DNA of 64,000 nt, taken from assembly GCA_040954595.2 (NCBI GenBank), contig CM082577.2:6969846-7033845 (forward strand). The letters are read 5' to 3'. The DNA comes from Balanoglossus misakiensis. Taxonomy: Eukaryota > Animalia > Hemichordata. Numbering within the stretch: the stretch's first letter is position 1; every line of letters begins with the position of its first letter. Below, piece by piece: positions 14,938 through 27,967 of this stretch. Position numbers and translations under genes: made by a program. Under the pieces are notes generated by a model. That model was not told where the DNA came from. It saw nothing but the letters and a program-made list of their open reading frames with translations, and ran no database searches.

Positions 14938-17900
14938 CAAACAAAGAGGTGATTGCGATTTTCAAATACATTTATGAACTGTTATGTTTTTGTTTGCTCC
15001 CCTGTAAACAAACTAAATCTAGGCGACGTGTTAATTCATGTTTTATGTCGCCGACAAGTCTATACGGCACGTGTACATGCAAGAGTGTATCGTCAAAGGT
15101 CGATCAGGATTTTCTTTCTCGTCACGAGGGAAGTCTCAGACAAAAAAAATTGCTATATGCAAACGGACCAAATTCTATCTACTCGTGTCTATTTAGATCA
15201 AATTATATCATTTCCATAATCTCCTTACGTAATTAAATACATGTAATTATGGCAACCGACTTAATGATGTGCGAAGTGAGACTGCCTGTGTATACCGCGC
15301 ATTGCCAGTTGTGTCGTATCATTATCCATGGGCAAGTTTACTTCACTCGCCGTCAGTTTCTAAAATAACAGTTTTCTCACTTCAACATCATCAACACGAA
15401 ACGCACAAAAAGACGCATACAAAATTTCTATACAAATAAAATCACCGACAAATGAAAGCCAAGATGAATGCCAGTCGAAACAAAGGAACTATTAAATTTC
15501 AAAAAAGAAGGAAAGGACATATTTTTCTCGATTGTTACTAGTATTTTACGATATAGCCGCAGTTGCACGGAAAGTCACACAAAACGTTTCTGAAGTTCAT
15601 TTTTCAACACATTACTATATTCAGCTGAGCAAGTCGTTATCGCAGCATTTATTGAAGGAAAATGAATGGCTATTGTCTCTGTTAATTGTCTCTCGTATCG
15701 TTGAACAATTCCGTGCGGTATTGCTATATTCCAAAGCAATTATGATTGACAACTAATTTCTGCGCCGACAGAATTGCAGCTAAATAGTGTTCTTGGTGTA
15801 ATGAAAAATAGAAAAAATAATCGATTGTATTCCTTTTCCACAATATCCTATTTACAGCAACCAAACACATATAATTGGCGCTGTTCCTGTAGCAAGGCTG
15901 TCGCATGAACTGTCAAGATGTACGGCGCAGCCGTAGAGCTGAGATTACTTGGCACCGGTACAGTGACCGTGGCACCGGCAATAACACCGTCGAATGCCTT
16001 TAATTGCGGCAAAAACACGTGGGCATTCATAAAACGCTCTGTAGGTATATTAAGCTTGTATTTACCACTTGTATGGTAATTTTGACTGACACGGTAAACT
16101 GACATCCTGGTCAATCGCAATTAAGCGACAACCATTGTTGCACCGGATAAATATACGTGTGTCCCATAATTAGAGTGATGAAGTTAATGCATGCGGACGC
16201 TCATTTGCACGTGGAATTACTCCATTGATCAAGATCCCACGGTTACAATGTAATCCCGGCGTACCGTCAAATGTAACACGCTCGTTTTGTTAGTGCACTA
16301 TACATATATTGTGTCATATAGTTTGCGTTAATTTGCAATCCACACCTATGCCCGGGGTTTCTTTTTTGAAGGCACGTTTGCAGTATGCATAACACATACG
16401 TGCCCGGTTGATTTCATTTGCCTTAAATGATTCCCACGCACTTTCTAAATTTGTATGTGTGATGTTCTAATACTCCGCCATGAAATGAACAAAAAATAAG
16501 ACTTGCCTATCGAAAGGCAACCTCGCCACATCCTGTCCAGCTCTGCCCGATGTTGCCACGGCGCGTGCGCGTTCTCCTCGATCACAACCTACAGCCAGCA
16601 AACGTAATATAAATTTACATCTAGAGGTTTACCTGTTCGTTGATTCTATCCTCTCTCCCCGACGCTATAAGCTCCTTCCCAACATGCACATCCTTTCCCA
16701 ACATCAAACTTTTTCTCAGCGGACGAAGTTGCTCCATCTGTTATTGTCGACAACTCAGTCACTGTAAATGACGTCAGAAGTCTGGGGTGACGTAAAAGAT
16801 TGTGTCCTTTTTGTGTCTTAACTGTTCTGCACTTTCACTTCTCGTATAGATTCCCAGAATACATGCAGCGGGCAGATTGGAGACATTTATCTTGACTATT
16901 CTTTTGCATCCAGACCTTTAAAAAAGAAAGTAGAAGAAAAAGATGATGTCCATCGTCTTAGGAGAACAAGCAACTCAAACAGACGAGCTGCATTTAACAT
17001 CTTGAGACGAACTCAATTGGTTTTATGATTAAATTCATTTTTCATGGGGATGTACTGAATAGGAATATTAATAAATAAAAGGCACATTTCCATAAACTTG
17101 TGTTTCTTGAATCGGCCTGAAATCTTCATAGCACGTATTCTAATGCGATGATGTATATGTGGGAGGAAGTGCCTTAGGCCGTATACAGTGTAGACTGTAT
17201 AAGCAGAGCCTGGGTACATGTCTAAAACGTCCGGCCTTTTATTTATTGATATGATGTTCGAGCTGAAAGGCTATAGCTAGCTTATTGGAAATATTAATAA
17301 TTAATTAGTATAGTGATATTACTATTATACTGTATGTGTGATATGCCATTGATATCGAGGAGATCTCACTGCAGGAGTTCGTGCGTGCGCATTGACTGCA
17401 ATATTTCTGATTATTGAAACAATGTTTAACTCTAAAAAATAGTTATCTGTTATATTCACGGATGCACAAGCTACTTAATGCTGGTCCCATTAATATTTAT
17501 ATTTCATGTATATTTACGACCACTTGAACGACGCTGACCTAGATGTCCAGTGACCCCGATGAAGTACACTGAGCCAAAGGCGGTGATGTCAGTCGCTTCG
17601 GGGGTTGCTTGGCCCGCTTTTACGGCGATGGCAACCGTATACCATTTCGCAGTGGTGTCTCGTTGTAAAACACGTTACACGGTATAATACGGCTTGTGTT
17701 TAGGGCGATTGTTACCCTAAAACGCTGGCTCATGACACAGGGCCGATAAATCGTCTTGGTGATAAAATATGCACATCGCATATAATGCCTTGGCTTTCTC
17801 ATGACTGATATCGGGCCGGGGTATAGGCAAGAAGTATTAACCGGATCTAGACAGAGAGGCGTTAAATCTATGAATAACTAATTTACAAATAGCCGAAAAG

Positions 17901-18445
17901 GGAGCTTAAGCAGAGCTGACAAGATGTTCTGTCTTTGGCATATATTTAATATGTTTTCTATAATTACATAATATAAATTAGAAAATTGGAAGAAAAGAAA
18001 ATCTTTTCTCGGCAATATTTTTTTTGCATTTCGTAGGAAATTTGAGATGTAAGAATGAAACATTCGCTTGGCCATCCAAGTGAAAATCTGCGATTGGCGA
18101 GGTCTCAACATTGCACAGGTGATCACTTCAGTTCTCGTAGTGCCTTTAACATTGAAAGGAATAAAAAAAACACACACACACACACAAGGATAGCGAGACA
18201 GAATTAATGAACTAAAGTACTACCATTTGTAAGTCGGGTATCATAAAAAAACAGGGACAATGGTCGAGTTATATGATGTCTCCTGAGAGCTACGGGGGAT
18301 GCTCGCGTTTTGCCGGGGGCGCTGTTTCAATCAATGCATGTACCACTTGAATGCATCGACATCACAGAATATTTATATAAGCAATTTTTGCTATGATAGC
18401 GAGTACTAAAATTGTTTTTTTAAACAACACCAAAACAAAATCTTG

Positions 18446-18522
18446 ATATCGCAGATCCTGGTTTGAACAAGGGTCTGCGAGTCCGATAACCGAGATAATC
18501 GTATTTTCCCACCAATACACCA
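18446..18522 (-). mobile_element. tRNA-like Pol III head (SINE 5' relic)
   Basis: Minus strand A-box tggtgtattgg and B-box gttcaaacc set in an 11-bp stem; no complete cloverleaf. Confidence 0.35.
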
Positions 18523-19571
18523 ATTACCTTCCCATCCACATCTTTTCGTGAATTCCCATTTCAACATCAATACCCGCATATTTTACAAGAAGCGTTAAAG
18601 GGTACTAGATGTTTTTTTAGTTCCTTCGCTGATTTCACGCAGCCTGCACAGTCCCTCTATTGTGACACAGCTACACACCCAGAAAGAACATACTCGAATA
18701 TGACCAAGTTTTTCCTTGTTCAAATGTAAACCTGTGTTTCTGTCAAATTTAGGTACTAAAAGGTACACTAATTAGTTTAGCAAATAAAGGCAGATATTTA
18801 CTAGTATAAACGGGGATTCCTATGATGTTTGCTTTTTCCCAATCTCTTGATGACTTGACGAGTTAAAAAAAATATGTCACCGTGATCGAATTTTAGCCTG
18901 AAGATGGTGTTTTCTCGTCGACATACGATAGCACAGATTCCACCACAATTATCTTTTGTACACATTAAATTGATTCGAAAGTGGTTTGTTGAAATAGGTT
19001 GGGAGGTCGCGTGCTATGGCCCTTCACAAAGGTGTTTATAGCGCTGTCTATACACGGATGATCATCACTGCCGTGACGTCACCGCACTTGTTTCCATACT
19101 TTAGGCACGCTAGTGACGTCACTTGACACCTACTTACGTCAGTGTTACAGTGAGTCGGATAATTGACCCAATTGCCAACGCTGTTACTAAAAACACGACT
19201 CCACAGATGACAGACAGGGTTTTCCCGCAGTATTTCTCTCTGGATCGCCATCTCTTTTTTTCCTGTCAATCTCGCGCCAAAAATAGTCAGCCTATAGATT
19301 CAGCTCATCTCGAATTTTTGCCACCTTTCAGTGGAAGTTTTCGTTCTCCGTCGAGGGTAATGACTCTGTAACAAAGGCATTGCTCTCTCTAACCTTAGGA
19401 AGAGGCCGAGACCCTTTTCGAAGCGAAATGCAATTAACTACCGCTAAGGTCACGAAGTCAGAGATGATGAGTCATTTTCAAACCACAGATGTACCCCCAC
19501 AAGTACCTTATGCCCAATCTAATCTGCGCACACCTGAAATGTTCTAAACACATGCGCGGCCTAAGCTTGTA

Positions 19572-19650
19572 CAGTCAAACCTGTCTACAGTAGCCATTGA
19601 AGGGACTTCCCTATACGTATCCACTTTTCTTTATAGACAGGTGGTCAGTC
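19572..19650. mobile_element. Fragment of the CAGTCAAACCTGT MITE family
   Basis: TA|CAGTCAAACCTGTCTA and an inverted tatagacaggtgg motif. Confidence 0.5.
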
Positions 19651-21246
19651 TTTTCTATTTGTCTGTAGTTAATGCACGTATACAGATTTCGTAATTGTGT
19701 TAACATCGCAATGTGGCGTAACATCCATCCAGAATCTCTTCTCCTTTGATTAAAAACACCAAACAAACAAACAAATGATCTAACTATCGTTATTTTAATT
19801 AATGTATTTTATACTATAAGTCTAATTCAATATATGGAGATACGACCGAGAAATATATTAGATTCTGTAATAAACGTGAACTCTGTCACCGATGTCATTT
19901 GTTAAACTCTACTATGCAGCGCACATTTGTGGACATAATTGAATTCAACGCGGCGGTTTCCATGATGCTGAAAGATGGTATCTCAACGGTCATACCCGGT
20001 GGCGTTTTACCTCGTGGTACGTGAAATACCTGCGAATAAAACTGTCAACGCGTGATAATCATCTGGAAACGTCATCGCGGGAAATTGCCGAAAATTAATG
20101 CGAGTATGAAAACTAGTTTGTGCTGGTTGGAAGGAATGGCAGCAAATATCATTCGCTGGGGGCGCTAAAGCTTCGATGGTTGCATCCAGCGAGTCAGGCG
20201 TGGGCTCTATCTTTTCACGCCAATTCAACGATGCTCAGTTTTAAAATTTTATTTTTTCTCTCACAATATTGTGCTTTCAAAGTGACGCATACTTGTTTGT
20301 TATCAAGGTAGGATTGGCGAGTTCGTTTCTTCATTGTTTTTTGTCCTTGGTGTGTGTTTTTGTGCAATTACGGCGGTCCTCCAGGACTGCGAAGAAACGT
20401 GCGTAAAAGACGAATTAAATATAGAGTGCACCAAATGGATATAAGATATCTTTCCATCTTGATTTTAATCGGACTGCATTTGTGATACGAACTTGGAACA
20501 AACAACTTAAAGCATGCAGAGTATACCCACAGGGAGACCCCAAGCCTCTGACGTAATTGGCAACTGACGTCACACAGAACAAAAACAGTCTGTAAATAAC
20601 CGCTTCTAGTTGTTTTCCTGATTTTATATATATATTTTTTCTTTAGATTTCGCATTTCTTTTTCTGTAGTGATAGACCTATATGCTAACCTTTTAAGTTG
20701 TTTTAAAACGAATTGGACAAATCTTCAGAAATTGTTCCATAAAGATTGTACTTTATATAATGAAAAAACAAGATTCGAGGGTGGATGGAATATGATGCAT
20801 GCTGCTAAATTATTTAAATGTAAGCATTATTTATATGCGTGCGCGTGTGTGGCAGATTCTATGAATGACACGACATCTCAACATTTTTTCTAAACGAGTA
20901 CCACCTGTCACTCGTTCGCTAACTCTCGTTAGTTTTCCCATTTTTCCCACACGCTACAATAAAAACACTGCATTTTTTCAATATACTTAGTAAATGTAGT
21001 TATTTTTCTACCAGAGCGAACGCCTGTGACTGTTAATCTTTGTCTATGAACTAGTATAGCATCCAAAATAGCTCAGTGTCGACAAGTACAACACGCTCAC
21101 CTTTTTGCAGTGCATGATGGGTAGGTCAAAGGTTGCCTGGGTCGGGGTTACCCCGGAAGATAAATACAGGCGGCAAAGCGTGATATGTCCTTTTGCTAAA
21201 CAGACAGCAACAAGTCAACACCGAAAGTCAGCGGCTCGCCTCCAAA

Positions 21247-24200
21247 ATGACCCGACTTTTTGAACTATGCATATTCTTTTTACCTCTCTGTTTCGCCTTG
21301 CCAGAAGATCTGGATCAAGGTAAGTTGTTTAACTTTAAATTCCTTACAGTAATACGGTTCTGAAAATATTGTTCATCATGATCACTTTGTATCAAAATGA
21401 GCATGTTCTCTGTCATCATCTGACGAGACTCTATATTTACGCTGACGTGTCCTTACGCTCTTGGAAACATCGCAGAATTGAAACGAAAAATATCGGGTAA
21501 TTGTGATAATGCGAGAGCAGCATATGTTCTGGTGCCCTCCAGGGCTAGCCGTAATAACGTTTGCAGCTTTCCGATTTCTAATCGAAAATTTCTCGTTTCC
21601 ACGACAACCGCACAACAACATAGCGATACTATAGCAAATCAGCCCACAGTGCAATTTCCTTATGTTCGGTGGATTCTAGAATTACTTGAGTTTAGCGCAT
21701 GGCCAAAGGTAGTGAACTTTTAACCCATTTCTTCACTCCTAATTCTGTATACAACGCATCAAATTCTCAAGATCCGTCGCATCAAATTCTCAACTTGAGA
21801 TGCGGTTGAAAATCCTTTATATCTGACCAGTAAAATGTAGGTGCTGTGTGCACCATTTATACTAAATATCTTCACACAGATCATATTACAGTGGTTTAGT
21901 CCTTCGGAACATTTTGTGTTTAGGCGACATCAGCTCTCTACATTTATTTATATTTATTTTTGTTTCATTTGCAGCTATGTACTGTGAAGGTTGTATGGCC
22001 ACAGTTATAGGCAAGTATAACATCTGTTGTAATTCTTGAAGATGTCTTGACTAACATTCTTTGTTTGCCATATATGATAATCCGTGAGTAATTTTTCAAG
22101 AGAACAAACCAATAACATCCAAAAACCATACTTTAAAAATATCAAAATTTAAAAATTCAGGATTTTCATGTATTCAGTTTATTTCCTTGTTTAATTTTTC
22201 ATCTGGTACCATGGCTAAAAAAGATTGGGTTGATTAAAGCTAAATTTTCACAATGTTCACACACACAGTAGGCTCGATAGAATGTCTTATTTTAAATTCA
22301 GGCAGATGTCAGCGACATGAATGAGCATGGGCAGTTGAGAGTGAGAGAACTGTTGAATTATTCAAAATTGGAAGACACCATGCTTGCCAGACAGTAGGTT
22401 TTCCTGCAGTTCCATCTGTGCTGCCTTGTGAGTTTGATCAATGAAGTGTTAAAACCTTATTATTGAGTTGCTACTACACTGAATTAAAGAATAATTAGCC
22501 TCCAAAACTCAGAGCTGTGGCGATGAACAGGTTGTGAATACAGCTTGTGTTGAGAGAAAGTGGCTATTCACACATGCTAAACAACCATTGTGTGGGACTG
22601 TAATTTATTCCAGCAAATTAAAATATATTGAATTGTGTCATCAGTGATGCTCAGCTTGTACTGGTTAAACACATGTCAGGGATGATCGTAAAAAAAAAGG
22701 CTGGTCCACCTGTCGACCTAGAGTAGAACTGGACAATTTAAATTTTTAAATGAACTGTACAATTTGATTGACAATGGGTAATTAAAGGGACAGTGCTAAT
22801 ACTTGACAGGATTTTGGTTATTTTTATTTCTTATGGAATAATGGGCTATTTATGTTAATCTGCTCACTGAAACCGGCTAAATGACCACTTGTTGCAACTC
22901 AACCCACACCTGGTACATGGGTTTAACATAAGAGTATGTATGTAATGTAATTTGTGGTGGAGACCAAAAATTCATTGCGGAAGTATTCACATGTACTGTC
23001 CATGTATGGGTTGTGCATAAAGCCATGATACAACAGGTCACCAGCCATGTTTCAGTGAGTAGAACAATAGAATATAAATCGAATTCAAAATAAAATAACC
23101 AAACAGTGTCAAAAGCCAGCGACTTTGTCCCTTTAATTCACAGCTTACAATGACAATTATTGCATGATTTACAAACACTGACATGACCTAGATGATGGTG
23201 TGTGTTTGTCCCTTTATGGTTGTTCTGACTGTACAAGTACTGAAAAGCCACATGTTCAAAATTGTGTCCTTTTGTGATTGGATATATATTTAAACTCAGA
23301 TATTGCCAGCCGTTCTTGTATTTTTAAATATTATTCTGGATGTTCATCCCATAGTTTTCTACATGCTTTTTTTAAAATCTTGTTAAAACACTCTGAGTCA
23401 GCAAAGTCTGTGATTGAAAGTTCTGGAAAATTAAATTCACCCAAAAACCCTGTTATTTGAAATCACTCTGTAGAGACCATGGAAATTTTGAATTTCTTGG
23501 CACTGAATAATCACTCATAAAAAGACCATTTTGATTCATGTTTCATATTGATAATATGAATAACCCAAGGAGGGAGGGGGGGAGGGGGGTAGGGGATTGA
23601 ATACTTATTGAAATTAAAAATACAAGTAAGAGTAATAATTTGCATTTTTTATTCAAAAAATATAGTTCAGTATTTATGGAATTTTACTTTTTTCCTTATT
23701 TCTTGTTTTCTCATGCAGAAATTCATTTGGGTTCCATGTGTTAACGTATACTTATTTGCTGGTATAAATTGTGAATAATTCATCAGAAGTTTTGGGACTT
23801 GGTGGTGGTAGCAGGGGATCTAATTGCCTAGTGTGAATTGACTAAGATCACATTTAGAAATTTTAAATAGAATTGCATGTTTTAACAAGTTTTATTGAGA
23901 CCCAACATAATTGTGTGAACGATTAACCACTCAGCCTATAAGTCAGACCACAGTCCATCCACACAAGACAGAACCATCAGAAAAATTTCCCTGTCCAAAC
24001 AAAATAATAATTATACTAGTTGCAGTCTGAAAATAGTCAGAAAGAAAGAGCTAATGTGATTGCAGTGAAGGCGCGTTTGATTGATGGACCAAATAAAATA
24101 GCTCATTCACGTGGCGGCCTCCCATTGGTTAAGAGGCAATCCCCATGATGCCAAAAACATATTGTCACCTACCATCATATCTTACATAGAAGCATAATTT

Positions 24201-26308
24201 GTATCCAGCTTCTATTTCTTATTATAGCATTGCATGGCCAGTGTGTAATTTGAATCAGGTTGTTTGAATAATTTAACCGTTTTCATGTTTTGTGTGTGTG
24301 TGTGAGAAAATATTGTGTGTGATATATTAACAATTTACACAACCTGTCCATACATGTTAATTTAACATTTTAGGGCTTAGCATTAAATTGAGGGGAAAAT
24401 GATTCTCTTTCACCAAAAATAGAGGCGCAAATTATTTTTGCTTTCTTCTGTGTGAAAACCCCCCAATGTATAAACGTAAAATGTTTGATGCCCTGGGGGA
24501 GTGAGATTGATAGATTCTGTAACAAAAGACGTATATTTCAGTGGTAGCACTTTAGAACACATCCATCTTTGCATGAAATTAATTTGGCAGCGGGGTGAAA
24601 ACTTGGACTGACACATGATGTAACTGTGACATGGAGTAACGTGATTACAAGGCACAGAGCAAGTCCAAATTGTCAGTTGAAACAGCCATTCTGAAGCTGC
24701 AAAGAGGAACATATAATGTGTTCATTGCAAGACGCCAAACAGTATCTGAAAGCGTGAAAGATTAAACTACTTTTTTCACAAAGTGTTCCATTTAATTTTA
24801 GCATAATTTGTTTGTTGGGATTCATTCAAGATTATGGCTTTTGGAAATTCTGACTGGTGTTTCGAGGATATGATGATAACATACATTGGCTGCAGCAACA
24901 TTTCATGTAGATTGAGTGACATGACAGTGGCGTGAGAGTTCCTGCCAAACATGTGGCTCTGCGATTTTAGTCATGTGACAAGTCATGTGATAAGTCATGT
25001 GACAAATCATACAAGTGAATTGTGTCATATGTCATGCATTTTTCACAATTTGTGTTATGTAACCATTAAATGAAACACAAATGACTACCCGCAAGTTTCA
25101 GTGAATTATTAGGAAATTTGCACCTGTGCATCCCGAGTTGAACCACACCATTCACAATGATTGTTTTGAACATAATTTGTTTGTAAGTTGATGAGAGGGT
25201 GAAAAATCAACAGTTAAGAAAATATCTTCCCTTTTCGTAATAAATTGTGGCTAAATATTGCTCTCCTTCCATTTCAGAACTTAACAAGATGTTGTCTAAT
25301 CTCCACAAGAGCTCAGACCCCTTTGAAATGCATGTTATCAATGCCATGGATGAAGTCTGTCACCGGGATCACTTTGGTACCTATGACTACATCCCACCCA
25401 AGATGGTCAAGTCCTGCCAGCTCTTATTGGGTAAGTAAATAAAAAGTCCTTGTACGTGTCTTTTACGGCCAATAAGATGAGTCGTCTTGTTCGTGTTTGT
25501 TCCACAAATCATTTGAAGAATATTTTGAGAAATAAAAAGATTATATGTGGTGTCAGATAGAGTGGGGTGTGAAATGATGAAGACATGTTTTAGGCAAGCC
25601 TCTTATCTTCATGAGGTCAAAATTAAGTCCTGAATATTACTACAATGATATGACATAGCCATTTGAAGCATGGAAATCACACGTACTTCATTTGAATTTG
25701 AATTATGACAGATGAATTCGACGAGGACATTGAGAAGTTACTGAAGGGTCATCCAAAGGTTGAAGACATGCAGCAGTCTCTGTGCTTTGAACTCTCCAAG
25801 GCCTGTGTCGATGTGGATCGCTCGGTGAAACCGAACCCGATACCAGTGAGTAACACAGAACTTAAATTTTTAATTTCCATCCAAGCACTGACCACTTTAC
25901 TTGCGAAGGCAATTTATGGAGAGTGGTGGGGAAAAAAATGATTATTCGAGCAAATCTGCATAAGTGGCAAAAAAACTGTTAATGCTCACGTGAAACAGTA
26001 GGACAGACAAGTTAAAAAAGGCTTTCTGTAGGCGATAAACTGTGACATACTCTCTCACAATTGTAAGTGCATTTGGTGCATTTTCAATCCTTCATGAATA
26101 TCTCGCGAATAAATCGTTTGTTCAATCCCCCCCCACCATCTTTGTTTTGCAGGAGTCGATCACCACGCACTTTGACGGTGACAGACAAGAGCTGCCAGTG
26201 GACGAGCAAGGTCGCGTTCGCATGTCGGTGGAGGAAATCCCCGACGACATGACCGACGAAGAACTCCAGGAACAGATCAGAAAAGAACGCGCACAGGAAG
26301 AACTCTGA
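21247..26308 (+). CDS. ER-resident saposin-B-fold protein (canopy/CNPY-MZB1-like), ~183 aa, 5 exons
   Basis: Phase-consistent exons 21247-21319, 21975-22010, 25278-25430, 25712-25845, 26153-26308. N-terminal signal peptide MTRLFELCIFFLPLCFA; six-Cys saposin pattern (YCEGC..EVC..KSC..SLC..KAC); acidic tail; C-terminal QEEL (KDEL-like). Intron 2 donor is AG|GCAAGT. Confidence 0.85.
22786..23132. mobile_element. Non-autonomous DNA transposon (T2/Kolobok-type MITE)
   Basis: TTAA|AGGGACA ... TGTCCCT|TTAA with extended internal inverted similarity (ttggttattt/aaataaccaa, ctcactgaaac/gtttcagtgag); TTAA target-site duplication. Confidence 0.8.
24110..24128 (-). promoter_or_regulatory. ER stress response element (ERSE, CCAAT-N9-CCACG)
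   Basis: Minus strand reads CCAAT GGGAGGCCG CCACG, an exact consensus match, in intron 2 of the ER saposin-like gene. Confidence 0.6.
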
Positions 26309-26811
26309 TGGAATCCAGTCATCAATCTGCACACTTTGTCCAGATCATCATGCAGTTATTTTCATGCAAATGTATCTTGATAAAGCAAAATATTAACAGT
26401 TAACATTCAAACAAGTTATATTATGCAAACATTTTCGAGGTTGTAGTTTTACAGGTTAATATTAGGAATCAATTTACAGATTGTGTTCCTTAATGAGCAT
26501 TTATCCTTCCACAACTGTGTGCAATATAAATCCAAATCAACCAGAGTTTTGATTTTGATATTCTGCCTTGCTTTGAGTATTTTTCATAAACATTTTGTTA
26601 TATTTATTGTTACATCTCCCAGAATCTTTTTAAATCAATATTCTCAAATGTTATAACCATGTCATTCAACATCATTGTGCCTCTGTTGCTGAAGTGTTCA
26701 GATTTCTCCATCTTGTTGTATTTATGTACCTATACACTGCCTTTTTGTTGTTAAGATAAGTTCTCAGTACTTTGCAACATCATACTTTCTATAGTAACAT
26801 GAGCACCAACC

Positions 26812-27188
26812 AGTTTTGTCAGGGGTATAAGCTTGCATACACTATACTTGTAAAGAAATTCAGAGCTAAAGATGTTGAAAATACTGTCAATGTAGTTCTT
26901 TGTCTGTAAAGTGTTATTTTCTTTGCATTTCACATATTAAAGGGGCACTCCTGTTTTTGAAAAAAAAATGTGTAACTCACTGTGTGTTTTGTATAAAGTA
27001 CTCCCCACCACATCATAAAAATGTTCATAGATCTGCTCTCCATACCTTCTTGGGCACAATATATGCGATTGAAGCGTGTACATCTTCTCGTACAGGTTAA
27101 TGTGTGAGTAACATAATAGTTGTACGACTAGTTTTGTCAGGGGTGTGAGCTTGCATACACTGTACGCTTGTACGGAGATTCAGGTCTA
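26812..27188 (+). repeat. Imperfect ~58-bp direct repeat (26812-26868 and 27130-27188)
   Basis: agttttgtcaggggt(a/g)t(a/g)agcttgcatacact(a/g)tac..ttgta..(a/g)ga(a/g)attcag appears twice, about 318 bp apart. Confidence 0.8.
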
Positions 27189-27967
27189 TGGTCAAATATG
27201 ACGAGAAAGTCGAAAAGCTGGGATACTCTTTGCCTCAAACGTTTAAATTTGGTTCGAAAGATGTCCAAAACCTACGCAATTTTCTAATGGTAGCTACTTT
27301 TCTTAATCTTCCCTATATTCTCATATATATTTTGAGTGTTGAGGTACGAGCACACATGTTATTTCTAAATTTGTGACAAATTTAGCGTGTTTCTCGGCCT
27401 ACTGTTGGAATTATCCACTAAACCTTTGACCAGTGAGGGCGCACTTTATCAGAACGTGGACTTAGCCTATTTTTTGTGAGAGGAAAAAAAATAATATCTA
27501 ACTCGTGTATCTGCTACATGTGTTTTACAAAATTAATCGGATTCATAATATTTCTCTTCGCTTTAGAAAATAAAGAGGACAAAATAACCAAAACACATAC
27601 AGTTAAATTTGGAAAATTAATTATAAAAAGTGGAAAATACATATTTCCGTTTTCCGGGAGATTACAGCACACCCGCTTACAGTCAACCGTCCAGAACATA
27701 CTGTAACACAGGTTAAAGGTTGGCCAACAAACACCCAGAGACAGTCGTACCTTTTTATTGTGAAATAAACACGCATGCGCGTCCACCAGGCCACATTTAA
27801 GTCACAGCCCGGCCTGCGAAGGTTCATTGCGTACCTACGAAGTCCGTAAATTTTGGCTGGGGATACGTAAAAACAAAAGTTATCATAACCTCTGTAACCA
27901 CTACAGAATTGTTTATACGCGCCGTTATAATACAGGGGACTATTTTTATAGGCCATTTGAGGTTAAA

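Noticed and set aside
18446-18522. Possible tRNA gene
   Set aside because: Has A/B boxes but no acceptor stem or cloverleaf; more likely a SINE head.
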